Shown piece by piece: positions 1-9,676 of a stretch of DNA of 64,000 nucleotides. The DNA lies in NCBI GenBank assembly GCA_963768055.1, contig CAVYGN010000002.1, positions 1,216,001-1,280,000 on the forward strand, given 5' to 3'. A program made the position numbers and the translations under genes. Each line of letters starts with the position of its first letter. Within the stretch, counting starts at the first letter, position 1. Origin of the DNA: an uncultured Spirochaetota bacterium. Its GTDB lineage: Bacteria > Spirochaetota > Brevinematia > Brevinematales > JAOACQ01. The notes under the pieces were generated by a model, which ran no database searches, was not told where the DNA came from, and worked only from the letters and a program-made list of their open reading frames with translations.

Positions 1-856
1 TTACCTTACATTAAGGGAAGGCAGACGGCTTAAAAACGACAGGGATATTCTCATTCCGTCGTCCCTTCTTCAAAAAATAGATATCAAAACCGGGGGGACT
101 ATCCAGGTTTCAGGCCTCAACGCTGCAAAGGCCATGAATGTTTCCGCGTTCAGGGTATGCGGTATATATAATTCCCCGGGCCTGTCATTATTCGAGAGCC
201 CCAGGCTTCTGGTAAAGATTTCGGCGATGAAATCGTTTTATATGCCGGCTGCAAGGGACATCGAGTACTGCCTCTTTTTTAAAGATGGAATTATTCCCGA
301 TACCATCAACAAAGATCTCCGCGATGCCTTCAACGACATTAAGAGGGACAAGATAGATTCGATCGAGGCGAAGAGGATAAGCTCATTCGATATACTAAAT
401 CTGGCGGTCCAGTTCAATGTGTTTCTGATAATTATGATAATACTTACAATATTTGTCGTCTCGACGGTTGTGGCCCTTGTAAATTTCAATGTCAGCCTCA
501 TCCTTTTCAGAAAACGCCAGAAGGAAATAGGCACTCTGATGGCGTTCGGAGTTCGCTCCTGGAAAATAGGGATTACATTATACCTGGAATCGGTTTTCCA
601 GCTTTTGATTTCGACCGTTGCGGCTGTAATATTTTGCGTTATCATCTCAATTGCCGCGAAACAACAGGTAGCTGGTGGATTCCTGGAAGTGCTCTTTGTG
701 CTACTTTCCGGTACCAACAGGATAGATTTTTTCATACAGGGGTACCAGGTGGTAACAGCTTTCGAATGGATCCTTACAGCGGTGACCCTGTCGCAGGTCC
801 CGATATTTCTTAGAGTGCTTATAGGCAATCCGATAGAGATAATGACGAATAAATAA
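1..856 (+). CDS. ABC transporter permease, FtsX/LolE-like (5' partial)
   Basis: Frame is open from position 2; C-terminal TM helices with KRQKEIGTLMAFG motif. Confidence 0.85.
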   Translation, partial: YLTLREGRRLKNDRDILIPSSLLQKIDIKTGGTIQVSGLNAAKAMNVSAFRVCGIYNSPGLSLFESPRLLVKISAMKSFYMPAARDIEYCLFFKDGIIPDTINKDLRDAFNDIKRDKIDSIEAKRISSFDILNLAVQFNVFLIIMIILTIFVVSTVVALVNFNVSLILFRKRQKEIGTLMAFGVRSWKIGITLYLESVFQLLISTVAAVIFCVIISIAAKQQVAGGFLEVLFVLLSGTNRIDFFIQGYQVVTAFEWILTAVTLSQVPIFLRVLIGNPIEIMTNK

Positions 857-872
857 TTAAAAGGGGATATTA

Positions 873-1631
873 ATGAAATTAATACGGATAATTATTTTTA
901 TTGCCTGGATTTCAGGTTTATTGGCTGCTTTAACTCCTGTATGGGCAGACGATATCGTGAAAACGGGAAAAGATATACTTGTCAATGCCGATAGAAGATT
1001 TTTCCCTTACGAGGGAACGTACGATTTTATCATAAGGCAGAAAGACGCCGAAGGAAATACCACCGAATACGAACTGCAGGGTTATAAAAAAGGAACATTA
1101 AATCAGACCGGGGTATTTATAAAACCCATTATTAATAAAAACGACGTGGGCATGAGAAGCGGGGACGTAATATATTATAAACCTCACGTATGGCCCAAGC
1201 CTCAGATACAGAGCTACGAGGCGCTTTTCATGAGCACCTCATTTTCATGGGGCGATGTTATGTCCAGCGACATTGCCCTTGATTATAAAACTTCGAGCCT
1301 CGACAGGACCAATGTAAACGGGACAAACGAGTGGCATTTAGTCCTCCTTCCTGTAAAGGAGAATAGATACGCGAGGATTGACATGTGGATAGACTCGGAG
1401 AATTACAATACTTACAGGAGGCTTTATTTTACCGCTTCGGGAGACAAATTGAAATCTGCCGAATTTACGGATATCCGGGAGCAGGAAGGCAAAGTGGTAA
1501 GTTACAAGGTCAGTATGCAGGATTTCATCCAGGATGTTGCGACTTACGCGGAGATCTTCAATCTCAAGGAAGAAAAGTTGCCGTCTTTTCTTTTTGACCC
1601 CCAGAATATCGGTAGAATAAGGGCAAGATAG
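873..1631 (+). CDS. Outer-membrane lipoprotein-sorting (LolA-like) protein
   Basis: Signal peptide; FMSTSFSWGD and YARIDMWID motifs; sits in an ABC operon. Confidence 0.75.
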   Translation: MKLIRIIIFIAWISGLLAALTPVWADDIVKTGKDILVNADRRFFPYEGTYDFIIRQKDAEGNTTEYELQGYKKGTLNQTGVFIKPIINKNDVGMRSGDVIYYKPHVWPKPQIQSYEALFMSTSFSWGDVMSSDIALDYKTSSLDRTNVNGTNEWHLVLLPVKENRYARIDMWIDSENYNTYRRLYFTASGDKLKSAEFTDIREQEGKVVSYKVSMQDFIQDVATYAEIFNLKEEKLPSFLFDPQNIGRIRAR

Positions 1632-1632
1632 G

Positions 1633-2883
1633 ATGGTCATGGAGAAATTAACAGTAATTATTGTTTTTCTGACCGTATCCGCCGCCGGGCTTATTTTTGG
1701 CGATAGGAATGTGACTCTGGAGGTTGATTCCGTGTTCTCTGCCCAGGAACAGCTGAAGGACAGCGATCTCGGCACTAAGTACGGCTGGACTAACCAGGTC
1801 GAGCTGGATGCGCATCTGATAGTATCTCCTGCAATGAGTTTCGGCAGCGACAATTTTCAGCCCGACGTCCTGCTTGACGTGTTTATTACCCGGGCTACCG
1901 GGACCAACGCTTTTGTTACAGCGCTGCGGGAAGCCTATGTGGACCTGCTTTTTTACAATGAATTATCGATAAATGCCGGGTTTATAAGGCTGGATTACGG
2001 CTCCGCGAACAGCTGGTACAATCCCCTTAACGTTGTCGAGCTGCTTAACCTTGAAAGCGTTTACCAGCAGATCATGATCGGGAACGCCAGACAGGGTTAC
2101 GAAGGCATCCCGACTGTACAGGTCCGTTATTCGGCCCCCGAGTTAATTGCCGATCTGAAACTTTCACTTGAGCAGGATATGATATCGACGAGCCTGACCA
2201 ACCTGCAGAATAATTTTTTCTTATCCAAATTCGAAGGAATATATGGAAATATAGACCTGGCGGCGATGATGGGTTATAACGGAGACAGCTGGAACCTAAA
2301 CGATACTAACAGGTTTATGCCTGTGTACGGCGGCAGCCTTTCGATCCGGCTGCCGTATGACTTCATGTTCTTCGGGGAATTGGTTTACAGGTCTCAAAGC
2401 TACAAACAGGTTGTGACAAACGGCGGCGGCCGTACCGGCGACTTCTTCGATACGACGGCAAAACTTAGTTATTCCTTTAAAGAGCCCTGGCTTAACAATG
2501 CTATTGCTGCATCTCTTGAATACTTTCATTACGGCGAGGGCATGACTTCCGGCCAGTACGGCGACAGCTACAATTCCCTGACCAATTCCGGCCTCATGAA
2601 TGCATACGCGCCCGGATTTTATAGATTGGACAGGGATTTTCAGGATTATATTTATTTTACCCTGACTTATTCCCTGATCGTCCCGAAAATTTCTTTAAGT
2701 TACATGCTGGATGCCGAACTCGAATCGGGTTATCTTCAGCACACCCTGTCGATCGCTAAGAATTACGATACGGTGACTCTTACGGCAAGCTTTATTTACA
2801 ACCAGGTATCCGATGTAAAATACAGCCCGGTTTTTTATGATCAGGATTTCGCAGTTTATCTGGAAGCATTAATAGCTTTTTAA
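1633..2883 (+). CDS. Probable outer-membrane beta-barrel protein
   Basis: Signal peptide, LREAYVD motif, alternating beta-strand pattern, C-terminal Phe. Confidence 0.65.
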   Translation: MVMEKLTVIIVFLTVSAAGLIFGDRNVTLEVDSVFSAQEQLKDSDLGTKYGWTNQVELDAHLIVSPAMSFGSDNFQPDVLLDVFITRATGTNAFVTALREAYVDLLFYNELSINAGFIRLDYGSANSWYNPLNVVELLNLESVYQQIMIGNARQGYEGIPTVQVRYSAPELIADLKLSLEQDMISTSLTNLQNNFFLSKFEGIYGNIDLAAMMGYNGDSWNLNDTNRFMPVYGGSLSIRLPYDFMFFGELVYRSQSYKQVVTNGGGRTGDFFDTTAKLSYSFKEPWLNNAIAASLEYFHYGEGMTSGQYGDSYNSLTNSGLMNAYAPGFYRLDRDFQDYIYFTLTYSLIVPKISLSYMLDAELESGYLQHTLSIAKNYDTVTLTASFIYNQVSDVKYSPVFYDQDFAVYLEALIAF

Positions 2884-2905
2884 TTTAGATTTTTGGAGGG
2901 ATTTT

Positions 2906-3217
2906 ATGAAATCTACATTCAGAACTGTTTTACTGGTTATCTGTGTAGTTCTCTACGTAGCGCTATTACCATGGGGCGCGTATGTTGTACTGCCTTATAT
3001 GCTCTTTACGGGGTGGGTAAAATATTTCGCGATCTATCTTGCCTTTATCATTGAAGCGGCCCTGGGGACATTTCTCACGATCAGGCAGTTTCGAAAGATG
3101 AGAGAGACAAAAAAAATATGGCCGAAGGTTATATTCGGCCTGGTTTGTATAAGCTTTGCCGCCTACCTGGTTACCGCAGTTATCTATCTTGTACAGGTTT
3201 TATTAAGTTCAATATAG
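2906..3217 (+). CDS. Small membrane protein (3 TM)
   Basis: GGAGG RBS; three hydrophobic segments. Confidence 0.7.
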   Translation: MKSTFRTVLLVICVVLYVALLPWGAYVVLPYMLFTGWVKYFAIYLAFIIEAALGTFLTIRQFRKMRETKKIWPKVIFGLVCISFAAYLVTAVIYLVQVLLSSI

Positions 3218-3226
3218 GAGAGATAA

Positions 3227-3886
3227 ATGATAAATCTAAGCGGGGTGATAAAAAACTACCAGTCGGGGAGCCTCTACGTAGAAGCCTTGAAGGGTATCAA
3301 TTTGAACATCGATAAAGGGGAGATGATCGTGATCGGAGGTGTTTCCGGAAGCGGGAAATCCACCCTTTTGAACCTTATCGGGGCGATGGACCATGTAACC
3401 GATGGAAAGATAATTATCGACGGAGAGGATATTACCGATTATTCCCAGGGCCAGCTGACAAGTTTCCGCGCACGTAAAGTCGGATTTATTTTCCAGAACT
3501 TCCACCTGATACCCGCCCTTAATATTTATGAAAACATAGTGGTCCCTATGAAACTCAAGGGGCAGCGCTTTGAAAAGGATAGGGTCCTTGAACTTATCGA
3601 AAGGGTAGGGTTAACTGAACATATCAGGCATAAACCCGACGAGCTGTCGGGCGGGCAGCGGCAAAGGGTAGCGATAGCCCGCGCGCTTGTACATAACCCT
3701 CCTTATGTAATGGCCGACGAGCCGACCGCCAACCTTGACAGCAAAACCGCGCAAAATATAGTCGGGCTTCTCAAGGACCTCAACAAAAATCTAAATGTGA
3801 CTATTATCTTTGCGTCTCATGACCAGTGGGTCCTCGATAACATAGACAGGAAGGTAAGATTAAAAGACGGGGTTATTGTACAGTAG
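3227..3886 (+). CDS. ABC transporter ATP-binding protein, LolD/MacB-like
   Basis: Walker A GVSGSGKS, LSGGQRQR, ADEPTANLD. Confidence 0.95.
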   Translation: MINLSGVIKNYQSGSLYVEALKGINLNIDKGEMIVIGGVSGSGKSTLLNLIGAMDHVTDGKIIIDGEDITDYSQGQLTSFRARKVGFIFQNFHLIPALNIYENIVVPMKLKGQRFEKDRVLELIERVGLTEHIRHKPDELSGGQRQRVAIARALVHNPPYVMADEPTANLDSKTAQNIVGLLKDLNKNLNVTIIFASHDQWVLDNIDRKVRLKDGVIVQ

Positions 3887-3904
3887 AAGAAGGAGACATA
3901 AGTC

Positions 3905-4777
3905 ATGATCAGGATTTTAAAGATTTTTATGTGGGGGCTTTTTTTTACCGCATCACTTATTGCAGTTGCATTTCCTATGGGCGGAAGGGTAAAAAATTTC
4001 CCCATGAAGACATATCCCGGGATAAATATTCCCGACGGAGAGTTTCTTCATTACATATCTTATAACGGTGGAGACAAAAGCGGAGACATATATTTTGTCG
4101 TAAGAAAGATAAATAACGGAAAAGGGAAATTTTTATACCGCATTTATCTTGATATGGTTCCCTTAGGGGAAAAACCCCCTGAAAACTTTACGAACTGGCC
4201 TGTGACTTACCTGATCGACCCGGAGCGAGCCGTTACGCTTGAATCCGATGCGCATTATGATAAAAAAATGATGGATAATCCTGTTACAGCCGCATTCGGG
4301 ATCGGGAACTTGATCTCTTTTCAATACCGTTTGAACAGGGATAAGGGCTATGTGGAATATTTATCGAAAAATGTAAAGGGTTCGGTAACAAATGAAAGCA
4401 GATATCTGATAAAGGTCAACCCTGATTTTCCGGGTGGAAAAGATATGGAATTCATGTTTTATTCTATACGCATGCTCGACGTCCGGAGCGGGGGTATTTC
4501 TTATACAATTATGCCTGAATTCATGAAAGAACCGATGGCAGGTTTCTATAAAATCGATTCTAAATTAACAGTTAAGGCAGGGGCAGGGACTTTCAGTGTA
4601 AATAAAATAATTGCCATAGGCGGGGATCCCTTCTTTGCAAAACTTTTGGAACCGATATTGAAAAAATTTGCATATTATGTAGAGGATTCCGATAGAAGGC
4701 TCGTTGTAAAAGTCAACACATTCGCCGGCGATATCGTACTGGAAGAAATATCAAACGTGAATTTAAAAAAGCGCTAG
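3905..4777 (+). CDS. Exported hypothetical protein (DUF3108-like), paralog 1
   Basis: Signal peptide; TVKAGAGTF motif; collinear with 4795..5667. Confidence 0.7.
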   Translation: MIRILKIFMWGLFFTASLIAVAFPMGGRVKNFPMKTYPGINIPDGEFLHYISYNGGDKSGDIYFVVRKINNGKGKFLYRIYLDMVPLGEKPPENFTNWPVTYLIDPERAVTLESDAHYDKKMMDNPVTAAFGIGNLISFQYRLNRDKGYVEYLSKNVKGSVTNESRYLIKVNPDFPGGKDMEFMFYSIRMLDVRSGGISYTIMPEFMKEPMAGFYKIDSKLTVKAGAGTFSVNKIIAIGGDPFFAKLLEPILKKFAYYVEDSDRRLVVKVNTFAGDIVLEEISNVNLKKR

Positions 4778-4794
4778 GGGCTAGGGGGGATGTT

Positions 4795-5667
4795 ATGCCG
4801 GCATGGAAAACATTTCTGAGGATTTTTTCATTCTTAATATCGGTTTTGATAATTATTTCGACGGTTTCATGTGCAAATCTCGGGAAGCAAAAACTACCGG
4901 CGAAGGTCTATCCGGTTGTAAATGTTTCGGACGGCGAGTATCTCGTTTACGGCTATTATGTGGGCGGGGAAAAATCAAGTGAATCGTATATGGTTACAAA
5001 AAAGGAGACTGGTAAGAATGGAGAATTATTTTACAAGGTTTACGGGGTCCAGGCTAAGTCCCCTGCCGATAGAAAGATCCCTGATAATTACAAAGAATGG
5101 CCCTCTTTTTACATTATCGATCCCTGGCAGGGTTCGGTGATCGAAGCCGTATACAGCATTAAAACTTCCGATATTAAAGATATCGACCCGGCCAATCCCT
5201 ACAGCAGTCTTATATACAGCCATTATAAATTGCACAGGGATTCGGGCTATGTGGAATACACATCTAAAAGCTTAAAAAACAAGGAATTGATCGAAAAGAA
5301 TTACAGGGTAAATATAAAAAAAGATTATCCTGTATGCGATGCAAATTCAACCTTTTATTTTCCTACCCGTTTTCTGGATGTTCGAAACGGCGGTATTTTA
5401 TACATGGTTTCCCCCGAGTTTTTAAAGGATCCTGTGCCTTTCTCTTTCAAATACGAATCAAGGGAAACGATCAGGACAAAGGCCGGACAATTCGCGGCCA
5501 TTAAAGGAGCCGTAGTATCCGGCGACCCTTTTATCGGGCAATTGGTCGGACCTCTATTAAAAAAATTCGCAATATGGTACGAGGACTCTGACCGGAGGCT
5601 TACTGTAAAAATCCAGCTTGCATATGGCGGTTATATGGAACTTGAGGAAATTTCGAACGTAAGATAA
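4795..5667 (+). CDS. Hypothetical lipoprotein (DUF3108-like), paralog 2
   Basis: Hydrophobic leader ending ISTVSC (spirochaete-like lipobox); shared YEDSDRRL motif. Confidence 0.7.
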   Translation: MPAWKTFLRIFSFLISVLIIISTVSCANLGKQKLPAKVYPVVNVSDGEYLVYGYYVGGEKSSESYMVTKKETGKNGELFYKVYGVQAKSPADRKIPDNYKEWPSFYIIDPWQGSVIEAVYSIKTSDIKDIDPANPYSSLIYSHYKLHRDSGYVEYTSKSLKNKELIEKNYRVNIKKDYPVCDANSTFYFPTRFLDVRNGGILYMVSPEFLKDPVPFSFKYESRETIRTKAGQFAAIKGAVVSGDPFIGQLVGPLLKKFAIWYEDSDRRLTVKIQLAYGGYMELEEISNVR

Positions 5668-5689
5668 CTGCCTGCCGCAAAATTTTAAT

Positions 5690-7060
5690 TCAATCGTTAT
5701 AAACAGTGTCAGGAGTAAAGCGTGCCATCCCCAATTTCCTCCATTCGAAACCTAAAAGAATGGCTATTATTATAGATACAGCGGCGTCTGAAACAGGGAA
5801 AGCGGCGACAGCTCCATAAAACCCGAAAGCAGATGATAATATCAATAAAACCGGTACTATGATCAATACCTGCCTTAAAAGGAAAAGAAAAAGGGCCTCG
5901 AGGTTTCTCCCTACAGCATTGTAATATGTCGTTCCAATGATCTGTAAACCGAGGAATATGATCATGCACTGCGAATATTTAAGGGCCGGCGGTCCCATAT
6001 TCGATATATAAGAGTTGCCGGTGGAGAAAAGTGAAATGATCTCCCTGCTGAAGAAGAAAATCGGCAGGAACCCGAAGAAACAGAAAGCGCTTGAAGCAAT
6101 CAAGGCGTATTCAACTGTCTGTTTGGCTCTGCCTATCTGTTTTGCTCCGTAATTATACCCGATAATAGGTTGACATCCCTGGCTTATTCCGGTAACAACC
6201 ATGCTGAAAAAAATGTTGACGACCGATATGATCCCGATTATCGCCAGTGCATCGCTGCCGCCAAGCCTGCTGAAGACATTGTTCATTACGATCAGAAGTA
6301 CGCAAATCGCGATCTGTAAAGCGGAAGGCCCTGAACCTGCCGATAAAATACCCAGGATAACCCTTGAATCAAAGTGCATGTTTTTAATCCTAAGACGCAG
6401 AAAATTTTCCTTTCTGATAAAATACAAAAACGTCCATACGGCTGTCGTCAAAGAGGCTAAAAGTGTGGCGAACGCAGAACCCCTTATTCCCATGTGCAGG
6501 ATGAAAATAAAAATAGGGTTCAGGATAGTGTTGACAGCCGCTCCGGAAACCATGATATAAAGGGCCGTCATCGGACTTCCTTTTGCCCGGATGGTGTTGG
6601 TCAGGACAAAACCCACTGACTGGAACAATATCGAAAAAAGGATGACCTCCATAAACTGCTCAGCGTATATCAGGGACCTGCCGCTGCCCCCGAAAAAGAC
6701 CAGCAGGGGCCTCATAAAAAAGAAGCATACGACAGGCAGAATTATTCCGGCGATTACAGATAAAAGGAACGAATTGCCGATGATCGTCCCGGCCTCCTCG
6801 ATCTTTTTTTCACCCAGGCTTATGGACAGCCTAACCGCTGCGCCGACCCCGATAAGCATCATAAATGCAAATAATATCAGCATAAAAGGCATTGTTACCG
6901 TTACGCCCGACAGGGCGTCGGAGCCTACTCCCCGGCCTACGAAAATTCTGTCTACTACATTATAAAAGGCGCTTACCACCATTCCCGTAACGGCGGGGAT
7001 TGAAAATTTAAAGACCAGTTTGCCGATCCTTTCGGTGCCGAGTATTGTGTGTTTATCCAT
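5690..7060 (-). CDS. MATE family efflux transporter (MepA-like)
   Basis: YNVVDRIFVG, QPIIGYNYGA, about 12 TM; likely start MDKH at 7060 overlapping the upstream stop. Confidence 0.92.
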   Translation of the reverse strand: MDKHTILGTERIGKLVFKFSIPAVTGMVVSAFYNVVDRIFVGRGVGSDALSGVTVTMPFMLILFAFMMLIGVGAAVRLSISLGEKKIEEAGTIIGNSFLLSVIAGIILPVVCFFFMRPLLVFFGGSGRSLIYAEQFMEVILFSILFQSVGFVLTNTIRAKGSPMTALYIMVSGAAVNTILNPIFIFILHMGIRGSAFATLLASLTTAVWTFLYFIRKENFLRLRIKNMHFDSRVILGILSAGSGPSALQIAICVLLIVMNNVFSRLGGSDALAIIGIISVVNIFFSMVVTGISQGCQPIIGYNYGAKQIGRAKQTVEYALIASSAFCFFGFLPIFFFSREIISLFSTGNSYISNMGPPALKYSQCMIIFLGLQIIGTTYYNAVGRNLEALFLFLLRQVLIIVPVLLILSSAFGFYGAVAAFPVSDAAVSIIIAILLGFEWRKLGMARFTPDTVYND

Positions 7061-8108
7061 TATTTTTCTCCGGAAGGCATTCAAGTATGGAAACTCCCTT
7101 TTTCCCTATGATCTTATTCAATCTAAAGCCCGCCCTGTTTACCAGGCGTACGAACTCTTCCCTTGTCCTCTCCTTTCCTCCCGGGCACATGACCATCATT
7201 TGAATATCATTTATCATGCCGGCAATATTTCTTCCGGTGATAACATACTCGATTATCAGCAATTTTCCACCCGGTATTATAGCCTTCCTGCAGTTTTCTA
7301 AAATCTTTATTGCCTCATCGTCATTCCAGTCATGCAGTATCCTTTTTAAAATATAGCAATCCCCGCCTGGCGGTATACTTACAAAGATATCGCCCGGTTC
7401 GATTTTAATATTATCTTTCATTTCAGAACCTGAAAGATATTCTTTTGCATCTTTTATGACCGGGGGTAAATCGAACAAAACACCCCGGCACTTCCTGTGT
7501 TTTTCTAAAATTGCCGTCAGTAATAAGCCGTTTCCCCCGGCAATATCGACTATTTTCCTGAATCCGGAAAAATTATATGCTTTCAGGATCATCGGAATTT
7601 CATATTGCGTGAATATACGCATGCTTTTGTTAAAGGCTTCTCCCGATTCAGGGTTTTTATTCAAATATTCAAATAAATTCATGCCGAAAGCCTTCTGAAA
7701 AGCGCTTTCTCCCGTTTTAACGGCATAAAGCAATTCGCCCCATGCCTTCCAGGTCGAGTCTTCCCCGCGCATTATTGCGACAGGGCTCACTGAATCGGGA
7801 TTATCTGAAATAAAAAATTTCCCTGCTCTTGTCAAATAGAATTTTCCGTTCTTTTCTTTGTACAATCCTAATCCGGCGCAGGCTCTTAAAACACGGTAAA
7901 GAGAATCTCTATGTGTATTTGTCAATTCGGCTAGCTCATCAGCCGTTTTTCCTCCATTCTCAAGATAATCGGATATCTTTAGAACCGCCGCCGCATATAA
8001 CAATTGATTTTCCCTGTAGGCATGCAGTTTCATGATCATCAGACCTCTTAATGCAAAATCCGGTAAAAATCTAAAAATATTCATTCCCTGCTCCTCCATT
8101 ATAATCAC
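7053..8108 (-). CDS. SAM-dependent O-methyltransferase (Methyltransf_2 with dimerisation domain)
   Basis: VDIAGGNG, FDLP, GDIF, LKRILHDWND, GGKERT motifs. Confidence 0.92.
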   Translation of the reverse strand: MIIMEEQGMNIFRFLPDFALRGLMIMKLHAYRENQLLYAAAVLKISDYLENGGKTADELAELTNTHRDSLYRVLRACAGLGLYKEKNGKFYLTRAGKFFISDNPDSVSPVAIMRGEDSTWKAWGELLYAVKTGESAFQKAFGMNLFEYLNKNPESGEAFNKSMRIFTQYEIPMILKAYNFSGFRKIVDIAGGNGLLLTAILEKHRKCRGVLFDLPPVIKDAKEYLSGSEMKDNIKIEPGDIFVSIPPGGDCYILKRILHDWNDDEAIKILENCRKAIIPGGKLLIIEYVITGRNIAGMINDIQMMVMCPGGKERTREEFVRLVNRAGFRLNKIIGKKGVSILECLPEKNNG

Positions 8109-8744
8109 TCATAATCTTTTATAAATCTGCATCATTATATCCTGGTATCCGGCCATAACCCCTTTTTCAATACCCAGCGTTTTTTCCAGGGAATCTATAA
8201 ACGATGTTATAAGCCGCCCAAACTCGTCCTTTGTCCAGTGGAATAGTCCCGGGTCGAAAAGGATATGCGCCGTTACGATCATAGACTCGGCGTGTTCCTG
8301 AGGATAATCCGTTTTACAGTCCCCTGATCTGATACCCTCTTCGATGATCCGGGTATAAAAAGGGGTAAGCTTGCCGACCAGGGCGGTCACTATGCGTGTA
8401 TGAATATCCGCTTCCTGTATCCTGTGAAGATAACCGAAGTTCCTTAAGTTAACTTTTATCTCAGCAAGCGCCATGCCCTCTAATTTCTTCTTGAAATCCC
8501 AATCGGGATGATCCATGCATGCCGCTGCTTCGCTTGTGAGTTCGTCGGTGTAGCGTTCGATTATCGCATTGAGGATATCCTCTTTGGTTTTAAAATAATA
8601 ATAGAAAGTCCCCTGGGCAACTCCTATTTCTTTTACGATTTCACTCACCGATGTACGGATAAAACCCTTTTCAATAAAGAGCCTCTGTGCGGTATTGAGG
8701 ATTTCGCTTCGCCTCTCCTCATGGTCTTTCGTGATCCTGGTCAT
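8109..8744 (-). CDS. TetR/AcrR family regulator
   Basis: HTH with GVAQGTFYYYFKTKEDI. Confidence 0.95.
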   Translation of the reverse strand: MTRITKDHEERRSEILNTAQRLFIEKGFIRTSVSEIVKEIGVAQGTFYYYFKTKEDILNAIIERYTDELTSEAAACMDHPDWDFKKKLEGMALAEIKVNLRNFGYLHRIQEADIHTRIVTALVGKLTPFYTRIIEEGIRSGDCKTDYPQEHAESMIVTAHILFDPGLFHWTKDEFGRLITSFIDSLEKTLGIEKGVMAGYQDIMMQIYKRL

Positions 8745-8760
8745 GCAGGCCTCCGTTCAT

Positions 8761-9228
8761 TTACCAGATTTTAGCGAAAACCGATAAGACAATCAAGGAA
8801 GCAGGTATAATCAGGTTAGCGAAAATTATCGCCGGGTTGCCGGATTTTCGATTATTATTTTTAACCAGATCAAAAATATGGATCACAGCGGCTCCAATCA
8901 GCATCGGGCAGTAAATAACAATGATCCCTATCCATAATGGGCTTTTGTACCATATGGATAAAATTCCCGCAAAGGCCCAGCCCAATTGAGAAAGGCCGAG
9001 TTCCTTCTGAAACAGATTCCCCCTTGGCCAGCCGTTTTTATCGGCTATCATAGCTGATCTGAAAATATGGCCATTGAAACACGTTATCCCGGACAGCGTT
9101 ACCGTAACCGTCATTTGATAAAAAAGCATGTTGTACGATATTGACTGCAGCGTCCTCAGCGACGGGTCGGCGACTGTAGTGATTAACCCTGTTATGATAC
9201 CTGCAATCCAAAAAAATAAAAAAATCAT
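8761..9228 (-). CDS. Membrane protein, DUF6790-like
   Basis: GWPRGNLFQKELG motif, 4-5 TM; RBS AAGGAGGAG favours the ATG at 9228. Confidence 0.65.
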   Translation of the reverse strand: MIFLFFWIAGIITGLITTVADPSLRTLQSISYNMLFYQMTVTVTLSGITCFNGHIFRSAMIADKNGWPRGNLFQKELGLSQLGWAFAGILSIWYKSPLWIGIIVIYCPMLIGAAVIHIFDLVKNNNRKSGNPAIIFANLIIPASLIVLSVFAKIW

Positions 9229-9405
9229 AGTTTTCTCCTCCTTCATTTAAAAAATTTATTATTTCATTGCCTACAACTTCATTACTGTCTGCATGGCCAG
9301 TAGTCGTCTTTCTCAGCCGAGATCAGCAGTACTCTTACTTCGAATTTCAATGTCAGTGATATTCAATTTGCCTGTAAGCGGTCATTGGAATTTTCTCAAG
9401 ATTTT

Positions 9406-9460
9406 AATATGACTGACTGTCAGTCATATTATTATATCATAATGACTGACTATCAGTCAA
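9406..9460 (-). promoter_or_regulatory. sigma70 promoter overlapped by two TetR-type operators
   Basis: TTGACT(9460-9455)-18 nt-TATAAT(9436-9431) with extended TG; palindromes AATATGACTGAC-T-GTCAGTCATATT (9406-9430) and TGACTGA-CTA-TCAGTCA (9443-9459). Confidence 0.85.
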
Positions 9461-9482
9461 GTGTTTTGAAAAATTTATTTTA

Positions 9483-9659
9483 AATATAGGGCCCTTCTAA
9501 TAACCGCCTTTTCACGCCGGGCAAGTCGGTACAAGGGCGGCAAGGTTAGGCCCATAGGGTTTATGCCCGTAGGGTGTTTATGCCCGAAGGGTGCGGTTTC
9601 ATTACGATTTGAACATTATTTATTAACAACATAGTTAGTTTTTGGAACCGCCCTATATT
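9483..9659. mobile_element. MITE-like element with terminal inverted repeats
   Basis: 18-bp TIRs matching 15/18 (9483-9500 and 9642-9659); internal 3x GCCC(A/G)(T/A)AGGGT repeats at 9550-9593; non-coding. Confidence 0.5.
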
Positions 9660-9676
9660 CCAATTAAATTGAATAT

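Noticed and set aside
9550..9593. Short direct repeats as a CRISPR array
   Set aside because: Units are 15-17 bp with no unique spacers and no cas genes
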